Of a stretch of DNA of 64,000 nucleotides, positions 14,297 to 28,622 are shown one piece after another. Position 1 is the stretch's first letter, and every line of letters begins with the position of its first letter. A model generated the notes under the pieces. It ran no database searches, was not told where the DNA came from, and saw nothing but the letters and a program-made list of their open reading frames with translations. Source of the DNA: Ramazzottius varieornatus (Eukaryota > Animalia > Tardigrada). The stretch covers positions 1,338,725 through 1,402,724 of the forward strand of contig BDGG01000003.1 of the NCBI GenBank assembly GCA_001949185.1, read 5' to 3'. The position numbers and the translations under genes were made by a program.

Positions 14297-15034
14297 TCTT
14301 GGGCCTTTTTATCTGTAAGAAACACCCGTCAAACCAGAAAGAAGGCAAAGTATGTTACAAGGAAGTAACAATAACAGACTTACAATGCGATAAGCCGATA
14401 ACGATCACGCAATCAATGCCTGCACGTCCAGTCAAGCGTCGATTTCGTCCAGTGTCCAATCAGGCACCTTCCGTGGTCGTTTCTTCTCGCTTCAACTGTC
14501 AGACGAACGACGCTTGATAGATTCGAGTTGTTCTTGTTGGACGGAGTCGTCCAGAAGCATTTCCCCCCTATCCAAAGTCCATAGAGATGTCCGGAAGAGA
14601 TTTCCTGGTGGTGGAGAGCTGGTGAGCCCGTGTTGCCGTTTAGCAAGCTGCTATCAGCTGATCGATTTGAACAGGCCGCAGGCAGCTTCGTGGTTTCGTC
14701 GTGGCGTAATGGCAAACACTCCGAACTCAACCGTACCGCGGAATACGCGGAATAATTCTTGCGGTGTGTGCTATACCTTGCATTATGAACCGCCCACGTT
14801 ATGAAAGACACTGAACCGACTTCCGGGTCACGCCTGGCTCCTCGCTTCAAGCTTTTGTTTGTGTCTTCTTATTTTTCGGTACGGATGTAGCACCCTGGGA
14901 CGTCGTGATTAGAACAATAACAGCGTGCAAAATCTTCAGCTAATCGGAATTTGCGATATAAAACCAACAGAACAGATGAAAAAGATAAAAACATTCAATG
15001 GCAAAGACAGTAGCTGTTCTGACAGGACGGAGAT

Positions 15035-18000
15035 TCACCTTTCAAAGTTATCGAAAGTAAGCTCGTTCCACTTACTCAAAGCCTGAAAGTCCGGAGGAAC
15101 AAACAGAGCCAGGTCATGCAACGTTAAACCACCCAGATCCACTTCTTTTCCTTGGCCAGCACCAAAGTCCGACACGATCGAACTGACCGTTGCATTCGGA
15201 CCAAACGTCTGCAAAGACCACAGGCTGAACACTCACTCAACCACTATTCAAAGCACAGAAAGCCTTACCATTCCGCCGGCCCTTCCTTGTACTTGGACGG
15301 CCAAGTCTTCGGCGGTCCATATTTCGTTCTTCTTCCTGTCACAGTCGACTAGCAACTGTCCCACACTACTCTGCAACTCTTTCCCTAACTCCATCGATCT
15401 AAACTTTAACAGAAACTTCAGTAAACGCCCGGCTTCGTCTGTCATGGCTTCCACTTGTCTATAGATGTTCTTGAGTGTGTCGAGCAAGGCCAAATCTTCG
15501 TACGGGCCGCCTTCCCGCAAGCTGCGTTTCTTCTTCTCATCTTTTCGCTTATTCTTACTGGTCATTCTGCTCGTGCTGGTTCTACTGGTTCTTGAGGTTC
15601 CGGTTCGTTCGGACACCGACGAAGCTTCCGACATGTTATCGATAAAGTCGTCGCCACTTCCGTCAACCTTCTTTTCCTTCCTCAACTGCCTTACCACTTT
15701 CAGTCTTTCTTTGTACTTCTCCAAATCTGCTCCCGACGCCGAGATCTGGGTTAATAAGACTTCTGCTTGCTTATCCAGGGCCGCCTTCAGTTTGTACTGT
15801 CCTTCCTCGCTCTGAAAACAAAAAGACTCTCTTTCCTACCAGATAACCAATCAAGTCAATCAACTGAGCTGCTGGTTCACTTCCTTACCGGTCGTAAGAG
15901 TAGCGCATCTTCCCAGAGATGTCCGTCGATCAGGTACTGCCACGCCGAACCTCCGTTCGGCAAGTACTTCAGAAGAATCTCGGCGGCTTCGGCGTGTCTT
16001 CCAGCAGCTTTCAGGCTCAGCGCGAACATTTCAGCGGCCTTGCCGACTGCCGCTTCTTCCCAGTTCGCTCTTCCCGCACAGGCCATCCCCAGTTTCCACT
16101 CGTGAACTTTCCGGTAGTTCTCTACGGTTTTGGTGAAGAAACCACCTTCTTCGAAAGCCAAAGCCGCTTCCAAATACCTAAACATCAAATAACTGTCCTC
16201 AAAATCCACCAGTTTGGTCAAATCTTCAATATTCGGAAGTTCGACAAAAAACGGAAAAGATCATATTTCGAAGTGGCGCACTCTTCAACCTATACCACTG
16301 ACAAAGTGGGCTACTTAGGAAAAATATTCTTGCGAAGCTCCGTTTTGACTTATTTTCCAACTGGGCTAAAATTTGTCGGTTTTACCTTCTTTTAGTCTTG
16401 GCCAAGTATTCGCCATACAAACCGAGCAGTTTGTTTCGTTCAGGGCTTTGTTTCTGGAAGATATCCAGTGCTTCTTTGTATAGCGCGTGCTTCTCGACCA
16501 GCTCGACACATTCGGGGAACTTCTCTGCACCGAGTGAAGCCAGATGTCCCAGCGCTTTCTTGTATCGCTTTAGGTGATTGTCGATGACGAAGTACCGGTA
16601 AGCTTCCGGTTGGATAGCGCGGAACTGGTTGAGGAAGGGCACATATTCCTTCGGGTCCTTGCGGGACTTGGCAGCGACCATCAGGACCAAGTCAAAATCG
16701 TAAGTGCCCAGCGCGACGTTGTACAGCTCATCAACGTTGGCAGAGTACAGAACGAACTTCAGAGCTTCTTCGGCTTCGGAAATCTTCGACGAACTCTGAA
16801 AGTAAAATTCAGAAATAAAATTCTAGTTTCGAGATTGAATTCTACGTTTTTCCACGGATAAAATGGGAACTCAGCGGACGAACTCAACGAGATTGTTTTA
16901 CCCTAGTGGCGCACGTTTTCATTGATATTAGCCCGAAGCGTACGCCACTCGGAAAAATAATCTTGTCGACCTCCCAAATCGATATTGGTTTCTGCGTTGA
17001 AAATATTCATGGTTTTATGTACAAAAAAAAGTTATTGACTTTCCGAATAACTGACCATTAGGTTCTTGATCTTGAACAGGGCTTCTTCCAGTTCCTGAGG
17101 CTTCTTGTAAATGTGGCATGCCAGCGTCGACAAGAACAGCCCGTTCTCAGGCATTTCGCCCAGCGCTTCAGCAAGGTTCCTCAAGACTACGTTAGCCTTG
17201 TCTTCAACGGACTCGGTCGGTTTCACGAAATGATTCTTATACACTGTCGTCGTCACATTCTCGTCGCTGAGTTCCGCGATGAAGATATTCAAGTTCGCCG
17301 CATCGTTAATTTGGCTTAGAACTACCGGAATGTCGTTGAGGAAGCGCTTCACGTCGAAATCCACCATCAAATTCATGTTTATCCTACAAAGCCATCCCAC
17401 TTTGCACAATAATCGGAAAAGAAATGCGATCAGATGAAAAAGGAAACCGATAAAGCGATTTGAGTCGTCGGAAAACAATTCCACCTAGATCGCTATGCAA
17501 AGTGGCGCACGTTTTCATTGCTGTAAGCTCCGGGGATGCGCCACTTGGGAAAACGACCTGGGTGAGTTCATATACCGATTCTTTATTGTCCTTACCTGTG
17601 TTTCCTCATCAGCTCAAAAACTTCTCTGTATTTCTTTTCTGTTACCAGCTTCGCTATCCTCTCAATGACCAAGGATCTTGGATGTATCACTTCCAAGTTC
17701 CCTCTGGGCAACTGCAGCACCACTTCCGTTCGGCCTTCTCGACTGACCACCGTCACCAACCTCGAGCCTCTTTCCACCTGTCGATCATCCGTCAGTTCCC
17801 CGAACTTCTCTCCATTCAACTTCACACAGACGATCTTGTGACTATGCGTAGTGTAGACTAGGAACTCTTCTGTCAGAATAAAGGAAGTACAGCTATCAGA
17901 AACCAATGCCCCATTTCGGAACAATTTATGGTTGTTGGTGTTCAGAGAGAATATGACTGGTGCTGGAGAAGACTTCTCATCAACCGAGATTGTGTCGCAG

Positions 18001-20242
18001 TTTGGTGGAATTTTGGTGAGTGGGCTGGCGTCTGAGGTGGAAGGTTGCCTGGTTGTACGAATGACTTGTCCATTCTTGAGGAATATAAGGGAAACTTTGT
18101 CACAAGGAACGAAGTCGTATATGGGTGAATCAAAGTATGAAATAAGTTTGCATGTTTTGTCTTGTTCCAGTTGTTCCATGGAGGAAAGGGACTCCAACTC
18201 TCGTTGAGACTCATGATGAACGGAAAAAGTCCACAGACCCCAAACGTCCACCTGAAAATCACAAAAATCTTTTCCGGTTTCACCGAGACGAAAGTAGCAA
18301 GTCATAATATTCTCATCAGTTTCCCCCGTTAATATCTCTCGAAAAGTGATCGGTTGAATCGAAGGTCACCTCGTTTATTCTTGCGAACTCGACAGCAGCT
18401 AGATGTTCTCGTCCAGCCCAGAAAAGGCAAGCGAACTGTGAGAAAGGCAAATCGCAGGTCTTGCGGAGCGTCGGCGCGGCCGAAGGGTTCTCTGAATCGC
18501 TTGTGAAGATGGCCAACACCTTCCTGTCCGTGACGACTGCTAGCTGGTAGGACGATGGAGTAGAAGACTGAAAGTGAACCTGGTTGATGGAAGCGTCGAA
18601 GGCTAGAGCATGGGTGGACGATGGTGGTGGAACTACTGAATGAGCGAATGCTGTCAGGAGGACTTTCGACCCGTCGATCACCGCGACTGTCGACGATACA
18701 TCCGTACTCCTAAGCATAAACAGAATCAAAAGATATTCGGACCGAAAAACCAATAATACAAGTTGGAACGGCAGCAAAAAAACGGGCAAGCTTGCTATTT
18801 CAAATGGCGCGCAGACCCAGCTGATGACAACACAGATATGTGCCACTTGACAAAAAGAACTTGTGTGTTTCGTTTGCCGACCTACCGGTTTTTTCCTGTT
18901 GCGCGTTACCTGCAGGTATCCCAGATCCATTCAACGACAGTCAGTTTCCCGCTGTGATCGGCCAGGTACAGCACGAACGGGTCTCTCAAACTCCACAGAC
19001 AGGCGGTTACGCTACTTGGCTGGTCTCGAGGGAACCTCAAAGACTGCTTGAGGTACCAGTGGTAGTTACCGATGGTCCACAGCTGCAGACAGTCAACCAG
19101 CCCACCTTCGCGCTCGTTGAGAACGAACCACAAGAGTAGAACTTCCGAAGACATGTTCCACTGGAGTTCTTTCACGGTGAAGGTACCTGGAAGGAAGCGA
19201 AGGTCGAATCCACCGTGCCGAAGACCGTTCTTCTCGAAGAACACGACCTGAAATGAGCAGACATTTTAATGACGTAGCTTCAGCTATAAACTGGGATGAT
19301 ATGAATGCATACTTCTTGTTTTCTGGTGGTTCGGGCGGTAGAGGCGATCAGCGCGCCGGAAGGCTTCCATGCGAGCGACCATTCCAGACCGTCCACCAGC
19401 TCACTCGTTCCCTGAAGAATTCCCTGTCGTTCGTAGATGCGAATTACTCGAGTCATGGTAGCTGGATTCACCGAGCTGACAGCGAAGTACTGTCCGTCAC
19501 CCCGCCACGAAATTCTCGGCTGAAGGTCGTCCGCCGCGGAAATGGTCAAAGCGACCTGGACCAATCAGCTTCCGGTCATTCAATCGATAAACACGAAGGA
19601 CCAACCAAATCAACAATCAAACTACTGGCCTGCGACACAGTACCTGTGTTTTGGTTTTCGCAGCTTCCTTCCCTTCACTTCCATGAAACTGTGTCTCCTT
19701 CTTACCCCAGCCAACATTGACGGGTTTCATCTCTCCGAAGTCATCGGGGTTCAGCGGTTCAGTAACGATGACCGTCCAGTCGGATGTCATGAGTAACAAA
19801 TGCCCACTGTCGTGTTCGGGCTTGGTGGTTATGACCAGAATTTCTTGCTCCGGGCTCCATTTCACAGCGCTAATTCCGGCTGGGACATGGCCCACAATCG
19901 ACTATAACAATAAAGCGATTTGAACAACTGTACCAAACAGAAACGATGTAAAGAGTCGTCTACCATTTCCGCTCCCCAGCATATGAGTAACGATCCTTCC
20001 GCAGTGGCAAGGAAGACTGCATTCTCGGCGACAAGAAACTCTGTTCCGGCGATGTGGAAGTGTTCGGGTGGAACGGCTTGCTCATTTGTCTCTTTGGTGT
20101 CTTCCGAGAAGGTAATAAAGCGTTCCGAGCTGCAGCACATGATGGTGGACATTCCAGCCGACATCCAGCTGATCGGCGCTGAATCTAGACTCCCTGGAGA
20201 TAGCTGGTACTGGGCTTCGCTCACTAGTCGTAGATTCCTCAT
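15035..20242 (-). CDS. ELP1: Elongator complex protein 1 (IKAP/IKI3), multi-exon
   Basis: N-terminal MRNLRL; VNVGWGKKETQFHGSEGKEAA; ISWRGDGQYFAVS; FFEKNGLRHGGF; WTIGNYHWYLKQ; LQLPRGNLEVIHPR; KSRKDPKEYVPFL; basic C-terminal SKNKRKDEKKKRSLREG. Confidence 0.96.
16271..16316. repeat. GTGGCGCAC palindrome family core (46 bp), ELP1 intron
   Basis: AAGTGGCGCAC...GTGGGCTACTT. Confidence 0.7.
16904..16950. repeat. GTGGCGCAC palindrome family core (47 bp), ELP1 intron
   Basis: TAGTGGCGCAC...GTACGCCACTC with outer arms CGAGATTGTTTT/AAAATAATCTTG. Confidence 0.85.
17500..17546. repeat. GTGGCGCAC palindrome family core (47 bp), ELP1 intron
   Basis: AAGTGGCGCAC...ATGCGCCACTT with outer arms CACCTAGATCG/CGACCTGGGTG. 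Confidence 0.88.
18802..18848. repeat. GTGGCGCAC palindrome family core (47 bp), ELP1 intron
   Basis: AAATGGCGCGC...ATGTGCCACTT. Confidence 0.75.
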
Positions 20243-22194
20243 GGTTTGTCAGAATCAGAATTCCTGCCTGTTCCACGAGTAATGGCGCTTCACTAAAGGC
20301 CCCGTTACACCGGCTGCTGGGTGTTGGATAAATTAGAGAATGAAGATTGGAAACAGTCTTCCACAGATGAACACTGACGAGCTGCTGACAGTCCGAGAGC
20401 AGCGGTGGACAGATGATTTAGACAGCCTAATATCGAACATTACACATTCGAGCCGTAGCGGTTGCTGAGAACCAGACAAAGATGAAATTTTGTCATCGGT
20501 ACGCGAAACCTATCATGCCAAACCAGAGACCGGCGTTCGAACTTCATTTCCAGCATTTTTTTCAGTCTCTGACCATCAGATCGGCGGAGTGCTGTCCGCA
20601 GGCGCGACTTCATTCGGATGACATCCGCTGGCGTTGGCACCTCGGAACGCTGCGAAACATCACATTGACCATCTAACCCGACTGACCAGCAATCACGATA
20701 CTGCCAGAGTGAAAATCTACTCAGGCGCCAATCACATAACTGGTTGCTGGTGATTCATTCATTCATTGGTATTTGATGGTCTCTGTAATCTGGCAGCACT
20801 GGTAGTCGAGTCGAATAGACAAGAAACTTCATATGGCGTGACGCCATATGACGGTTTTATTATTCATTTGTTTTATACTATACTTAGCTGCTTACTAAGG
20901 GCTTATAAAGATAAGGTGCGCTCGGTGGTGTAAGTTAGGCGGCTCTACTTCGAAAATTGTCGGCTGGTCCGGCCGACTACATCTTGTAAATGTGTCTGCC
21001 AGAAGTCTATTTGGTGGAGCCGATAAAAAGCCAGTAGGCATCGGCTGCTATCTGCTGGGGGTGTGCCCCGGATCGACTTGTCGGCTGGCTTTGACCAATG
21101 GCCATATGAAAATCGGTGCCGTACCGTCATATGGGCTTCGGTATCACAAGATCACGGTCCGGTACTTGCCAACCGCAGATCTAAAGTTGTCGAAAGACTC
21201 GAAACCTTTTATATAATATTGGAATACAGGAATAAAAACTTTAGATTTCACAAATCTGTATGTTTCTTCAAGCTGTCAACGTCCAGACAACGTCCAGACA
21301 TCTGATCCATCGACAGCTCGTTCTTTCTGCACAAACCAACAAAGTCCGTACTTCAGCGCAACTGGCACAGTGCAGCGTACGTAGTGAACGTTCCCAGCTT
21401 GACTTTTAGATATTGGAAAAATGTTTTTGGTGTTTCCGTCTAGGCCAAACGGTTTGTTAAACATCAGCTTATGAATGGCAGAAAACAAAATCTCAGAAAA
21501 TTGTAGTGACGAGGCTTCGCGGCTGGCGACCTGGAGGCTACTTCTCCTTTCCGCGTCTTAGTATCGGGTTGCCACAATACGACACTACACGTCCAGCTCG
21601 TTAGATATAACTTCCCGACCGCGTATCTTTTCAGGATTCTGTTTTGCGCATGTGAAGTGCCGATAATCATTGATCGTTTCGGCTGAAGAGAAATAAACCG
21701 AAAAAAATTTTCAAAAAGGAAAACGACCGCGGAAATCAGAACTCAAAACTAAGTAGGCGGCCTGAAGATGCGTGTTGTTGAATGATTTCGAGCCTTTTTA
21801 CTGAAAATTGGGCATATATCGGTGGCCTAGATATTTGTTGTTTGAACTTTTTTCCAAAGAAACGGATAAAAATGTAGATTGTCATACCTGATTGAATGAG
21901 ACCCTAGCACTGTGCGCAGGGAAATCGCTGTAGCACAGCGGCTGTCTCAATGGTATAGCATGACATGACCTGACATGACTTGTATGTTATCTCGAGATAT
22001 TCGTGTTGTCGGCTGGAAGAATCGATCGGGCCGCCGCCTACGTCATCCATCCGATCGCAATTCCCGATCTCCGCAGACAATTTTATCGGCAGCTGTCTGC
22101 CGGTATCTGCCCGAAAAAGTATCTGGCCCAATTTTTCTCCTCTGGACGAGCAGACATCAGTATGTCTCGGCCATAACGCGTCAACAACGGGAAG

Positions 22195-22535
22195 ATGATC
22201 GGGCTGCTGGTTACGGGAAGGCCGGTAATAAGATAGTCCTGTTATTGACCGACGACAAATTTGATGGAATTTCAGAGAGACAGAAAGAGAGAAACTTTCT
22301 GTCCGATGGAATCGTGGAAAAGTCGACGCTTCTTCGCGCTTTTTACAGAAGCAATTCCTTCAAACTGACATCTGTAGCTAAACTGTGGGCACATCTGGTC
22401 TGTTTCAGGTACCGTCGTTCGAGCCTGTTCCTGGTGACCAGTCGCGATCTATGGCTGCCATAACGGACGCAGACGCTATCAATCACATTGGTGTATTCCT
22501 CACGCTGCCTCTTCCTCAAGGGATCGGAGCTGGAG
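22195..22535 (+). pseudogene. HIKESHI: Truncated Hikeshi/OPI10 copy (exons 1-2 only)
   Basis: Exon 22195-22224 encodes MIGLLVTGRP followed by gtaata. Exon 22409-22535 encodes VPSFEPVPGDQSRSMAAITDADAINHIGVFLTLPLPQGIGAG, matching the Hikeshi N-terminal pattern (MFG.LVAGR / INH.VVFL..P.P.G.G). No downstream exons were found; a truncated MITE follows at 22576. Confidence 0.72.
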
Positions 22536-22575
22536 GTCTGTACGTACGACCCTTCCTTTTGAAAAGTTTCGCACA

Positions 22576-22700
22576 TACTGTATTCCCTCGACGATTTCGC
22601 GAATTATGTCATCACGCCAGTAAAGTACACCCGCACTGACTGTCTGATTGTTGCCCATCACGGGACCTCATTGGCGAGTAAACGTTGATTGAAGGCACAG
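22576..22700. mobile_element. Truncated copy of the MITE at 40881-41085
   Basis: TACTGTATTCCCTCGA...CGCCAGTAAAGTACACCCGCACTGAC...AAACGTTGATTGAAGGCA is near-identical to 40881-41012. Confidence 0.85.
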
Positions 22701-23384
22701 GCGAAGATGCTTGGGAAACTTTGGTTACGCCAGATTACTGTAGAAGGCTAGTTGGATCGATGGTTGAGCGTTGCAACGAGTGCATTTTGAACAAGGGTGC
22801 TCGGGCCGCGAATTGATGGTTACGGTCAACTGGATATGGACAAAATTTCTTATTTGTCCTCTTCAGTTTCGACATCAGTTTCAGTTTCAGTTTTATTACT
22901 GGCTCAGTAAACGTGACGCCACCCCCGTCCCGCCCGTTAATTTTGTCGTACACTGTAAAAAAACAGCTGACTCAGGTCGCACGTTGAAGTCTGATAGCGC
23001 GACCGGCACTGGCTACAGGCACCCCTATCACACCCCGTTCGGGTATAGACCAGGCCTGCACTAGCGCCCGGCCTTTGGGTGCCGCGTCTAATATCGTATA
23101 TCGAAAGGAAAAAATTATCCTCGTCCATTGTTTTCCTAATATCAATTCCGTTTTGTTGTCATCCGACCCAGCCTGGGCATCAAGTACTCCGCGGTTTTAA
23201 GGCGAAATTGCTCTTCAGAAAAGGTTGAACAACCCCGAATCCAAAATCGTCTAGTGACAGTTCAATGTGTTCTCTACAAGTTAGCCAGGGAAATTGACTT
23301 GATAACTTTTGTAGTTTTCGAGATATAACATTATGAACTTGATTGGGTCAACCCGGAAGCCGCCTCTCTATGATCGGACGGCCC

Positions 23385-24532
23385 CGTACCTGGAACCCTA
23401 ATAACAATTTCCCCTAACATACTCTTTTCCCTAACTGGCAAACCTAACAGCATCCAACCCGAAGCACCTGATTACTGATCACTGCACCGTCAAAACGTTT
23501 TAACGATTGCTTCCCTGAATTCCTAATGAGCATCATATTGCCTGATTTGGATGAGTTGACGAGCGATACGAAGCTCGGTTTGCTGTTGGTACCAGAAACA
23601 AAAACTGCGTTCTCGATAGACGAGCTACCGCTTTCGTTGGCCGGGACAGACAATGCGACTTCCGCAGCACAAAAGCTCAAATTAACTGAAAATAATCAGT
23701 CAACCGGTTCGGAAATTTCATATAGTTATCAAAGGACCAAAACTCGAAGAAAAAGCGCAAATGAGAATGATGCTGTGAGAAATGACATGTGTCGATTCGA
23801 TCGAACCAACGGTATACCGCTCAAGTTATTCAGTACGAGGTGCTTCGCTCAACAGCAGCTCAATTCGAAAAAACACTCTCACGATTCGAGCTGCGAGTAA
23901 TACTTTCGCTAATTCATCGTTCGACCACTCAGAAGGGGCCCGGAGGGCAAGTCCAAAGTTTAAACAATACAACGGATTTTTTTAGGGCAGAGTGATCGTC
24001 GGGGCTAAATTTATTGGGGCTCGTGACTGTTAGGGGTCGAAGCTGTTAATGATGAGCATCACACGCAGATGGTCCGTGTAGTGTGAAGTGTAATTGTAAA
24101 AGTGTAATTACATTTTACACTAGTTTGCATTTTACAGACCGAGCCGTTTGTAACGCCTAAAAGTGACAAGGAGCGACGAAAATCACGAACCCAGCTATGT
24201 CTATGCTTGCATAGAATATAGATCTTGGTAACTGTCTTCCAGACAAAGATAAATATACTCAAAAATACTGCAGATTCTGGCAGGTAAAAGTTGTAATTAC
24301 ATTTTACATTTACAGTACAACTTCCCCGTGGTTGTAATGTCGTGTAAAAGTGTAATTGTAATGGAAAATGTAATGCTCATCATTAGTTCGGGGCCATAGT
24401 TCTTCGGGAATAAGGACATATCTTAGGGGGAGGTGCTGTTCGGGTGCGAAGCTGTTAGGGGAAAGCGATCTTCGGGTCCGAGATTCTTCGGAGCGACGCT
24501 TAGGAGGAGTTAGAGTTAAGGGATAACGTACC
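23385..24532. mobile_element. Old non-autonomous element with inverted arrays of ~15-bp-period CCCCTAACAGC/ACCCGAA repeats
   Basis: CCCTAAC-type repeats at 23395-23468 are mirrored by TTAGGGG/TTCGGG repeats at 24000-24046 and 24386-24525. Confidence 0.5.
24047..24385. mobile_element. MITE nested in the previous element
   Basis: TIR TAATGATGAGCATYAC...GTAATGCTCATCATTA with internal GTAATTACATTTTAC/GTAAAAGTGTAATT repeats. Removing it with a 2-bp GT duplication restores the host repeat unit AGCTGTTCGGG. Confidence 0.7.
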
Positions 24533-27336
24533 CCACCCTTTTGGACAGAGTGACCGGGGATGCAAGGCATATGGTTGCTGGCTTCTCAGTCACCGCGCTT
24601 TCTCGCTCGACTGGATACAGCTCAGTCTGGCCATACCACAAAGAGATCTACACGAGCCGATTTGTCCACAAGAGAGGAACAAAGAACACCATTACACGCC
24701 AACTCGTTAGTTACCTAATGTAGCACTGCAAAACACCAATGAAAATTACCTTTGGAGCTGCATGAGCTGAACCTCGCAGGATAGCATGGAATGTTCTTTT
24801 CTTACTACTTCGCCCGGAATTTTCGTAGGCTTCTCGAATTTTTCCGATTGTTCACTCTCGTATAGATGCGATATGCCGAAAGCTCAACAGCTTTTGTGGG
24901 AAGTTGAAAGTCGTATGTTTCGGCAAGACTTACCTTTGAGGACTGCTGGAAAGGGTGTATGAACAATATTAACTCGGGTACAGTGAGCTGACAATGTCAC
25001 TACGTTCCTGACCAAGACACTAAAAGTTCTTTGATGTCACCAAAACGACGCCAATTTGATGTTAAGGTTATCGTCACGACGTTAAACAATTAATTTAACG
25101 TCATGTACGTTGGATGGTCGTCTTTAGTTTCCTGGCGTTTTTTTTCTACCTGTTTGGTATCGGAATGTAGGAAATTCTTCGCTCTATCGTTTGATACCTA
25201 GCCGATAATGGAAAAAATCGTCTGTGTCATCCAGGGTTAAATGCGGCAAGAGGGGGTGAAATCTTGAGAAAATCGACATTTTCCCGTTCCGCAGCCGAGA
25301 CTATGCCGCTTCAGGGAGCGACGTCACTCAGCGGATGCTTTCCACCCCTTTTAGCCGTATTTATCTGATAACTTTGAATCCTGCAGACAGGTTTTTTCGT
25401 GACCTGCTGGGTATTAAACGACGGAGAAATCAGTTCCCTACATTTTAATACGAAAAAAGTGTGAAAAAAACGTCAGGCTGCTGAGGATAATCATAGTAGG
25501 CACATGACTTTGAATTGGTCATGTACGGATATCCGGCAACGAAGCGAATTTTAGCTGTTTGGCGTTATCGCGCTGCCACCGTACACCCTCGACACAACGA
25601 TTCCCAAGACAATGGTTCCCAAAACAGGTGCTCAGAGGGAGCAGCCGACACTCACCCAATGACCAAAGCTGAACCGATGCAGCGTGAAGATCTTCCGCAG
25701 GCACAGGGTGGAAGTTGACTGGTCAAGCCTCTCCCTGTCCGTTTTGTATGGTAAGCAAACGTTGAAGCGTCACGGTGAACATTCGACCCGACTACAGTCA
25801 AAGTTTGGTTAAACATAGTTAAATTAAGAAAAAATTATCCAAAAGCTTTTCCGAATCAAAACAGTTGTGTTCAAAAATTCTCAGTTTTGGAAACGGCGAC
25901 TGACAACGGTTGTCGAGAAACAGCCTTCCAAGATCATTTTGTCCTGTCATCACTAAAACTGGCCGATCAATGTTGCAGGTCGCCGTTTGAGAAAACTGTC
26001 ACTTCGTAGGCAAACTATCACTTCGTATTTACAAGTGCAATAATTATTGGCTCATGACTGAACGCACCAGTCGAGATACAACGCTACAAAACCATAATTG
26101 TATTTATGGGTCCCCAGCAACGTTGTTCTGCTTTGTTTTCGCCTTGCATGTTAGTAAATTTTGGTATGACAATTACTCCAACATACAGAAACTTTACACA
26201 GAAGCCATTGCTGCCAACCAGTTTATAGTCGTCCATCTCGATTATCATCACCAGACAATGGGCAAGTTTAATTCAGTCCAATTAGCGCATAGGTGCTTCC
26301 TTCTTTTTTCACACCTCATGTCTGCCTGCCGCCCTGTCCACCTTATGTGGAAAGTAAATATGACTTTTTTACCCGAGATTTTCACTGGTAGTGATATTGA
26401 CCCATCTTAATAGAAACCCTCTTTCCGTCGCCCTCTGAGCCTAGTATTATACTACGTTTCCCAGATCACATCCCATTCAGAACTCGATTTTGTGATCTGG
26501 CCTACTATACTTGATCGTGATCCGGCACTTGAATCACGGTTCCTAGTATAATAGCCCACTTCCCGGATCACGAGAAATGGATCAGGTGGTGGGAAACGAG
26601 TGCGGAGACATGGATCATGATATTAGAAAACCATGGTCCGCATCGTTTGAGACATGATAGCCTCGCCATGAAGCGGCTCATTGATCGTGCTGGGTTTGAT
26701 TGTATGAAATGAACAGGGAAGAACCCAAGGTACGCGAATACGATTCCACAAGTTTCGGTCAATGTTGACCAGCGGCCAATGATGCCCTGAAAAAAATTCA
26801 AAATTTCGCAAAAACCAAAAGTCCCAAACCGCCACTGAATGTATCATTCTACAGCTAGATGTATGCCCGAATTTATTAGGAAAAGAAAGCTAACAATATT
26901 TCATGACTCACTCCGAAATAAATCATGACAGTTCGGTCATGTTGACCAGCTGCCGGGGACGCCCAGGCTGTAGTACATCATGTACTTGTAATATACACAC
27001 ACGTAACATACGGTACACATGGTCCGAAAAGGGCCATGTGTTGCAGTATCGCAACAAGACACTGACATTGTGTGGTCGTTGTTGTGCTAGGTGTTCACCC
27101 GACCACTGCATAATTGTACGGGTTCCTCGCCACCAAATATTGATAATTCGGTAAACGTACTTAAGTTATTACAAATATGAAACAACAGAACTTACCGAGA
27201 GTTACCGAGCGTATCAAAATAACAGAACTCGAAGGAGATTTTATGTGAAAATTTACGAGTGGAACTTATAGTTCCGATCAGGATCAGGTAAGCTCTGTTT
27301 CACCATCCATAGACCCCAAGCCTTTCCAAACGGTGA

Positions 27337-27386
27337 NNNNNNNNNNNNNNNNNNNNNNNNNNNNNNNNNNNNNNNNNNNNNNNNNN
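27337..27386. other. Assembly gap (50 N)
   Basis: Run of N. Confidence 1.
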
Positions 27387-28622
27387 ACAGCCAAGGCGGT
27401 TGAATCGTCGTTATCGTTGCATGTTTCAATCCTTAATTGTCTGATTAAGAGGCATTACCCATTTTGATTTCAGATACACCTTGATTGACTGGAACAGCTG
27501 CACTCGTGTACCCGGGCTTGGTCTACGCATACGACTCCGTACAGGGTCCTACATTACAAGGATCAAAGATCTCATCAGCTGATCCTCCCCGGTAGCGGGA
27601 TGATCAAGAAGTAATCTCAACTTTCTGGAACGGCCATTTGATAGCCGATCGACCTGTTTGAACATTCAAAGCCAAATTTGGGCAGAAATAATCTGTAGGA
27701 AGCTCACCGTTTGGAAAGTCTTGGGGTCTATGGTTGGTGAAACAGAGTTTAGAAACCATATGCATTGCGTCACTCCTAACTCAGGACCACTCAGTGTTGA
27801 GTCGCAACTAACAACAATAACGTCATTTCTTGCTCGCACGGCCTGCCAAGTATCCGTTTCCTATTGGCATCCACTCAATTGAGTTGTGAGCAGCACTCCA
27901 TGGATGACGATAGAGGAGCCCATTGATTGGCTGAGGCAAGTCCTTCAGTCAGTCAAAATCCCTGCCCACGGCTTTTTAGTCTTGCGACCGATGCGAGCCA
28001 TACCGTACCGTTTAGACGCAATCTCTCAACGCTCATGAACCGACTGCGCAATATATGTAAGGACCCCTATCCACGTCACATTTTCTGAAGTCAAAAAAAC
28101 TGGAAATGGCCCGCTTGCGCTATAAAAGCTGATATAAAAGCACTGAAACGGCTTTCAGAGTGTTGCGGAGTTTCACTCGCCAATGGTTGTATCTTCGGTC
28201 GAACCGAATATTCTCTTTCGGGACAGCGGTGGCGCTGTGTTATATAGTAGACTTTGCGGCATAACAGTTGTGAAACAGCAGACATGGCTTCGACCTCACG
28301 GCTCAAACCGAAACTAGATCGTTGTTTATACCCTGCACTCATTAAATTTTACACATGAAAGTTTGGATTGCCCAAAGCCGACCGACCCGTTTAGGAGCCG
28401 ATCGTTACCGAGGTGCCATATATGGGAGGAATTTTTCCCCGAAAAGTCTATTACGTAGCGGCACCGCTACGTTGGGATGGTGCCAGATGGATGTCCGAAT
28501 CATGGTCTTGTCAATAATCAACGGGAACGGGCTGTCTCGTCGCACCCGGAATTTAATCCTTGACGACGTGTGTGGCATTGCGTTAAATAATACGTAGCAA
28601 TTGCCAGTTATTATACAGATGA

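Noticed and set aside
25545-25750. Possible exon bounded by TTTTAG and GTAAGC
   Set aside because: The frames I read contain stops and match neither Hikeshi nor any family I recognise.
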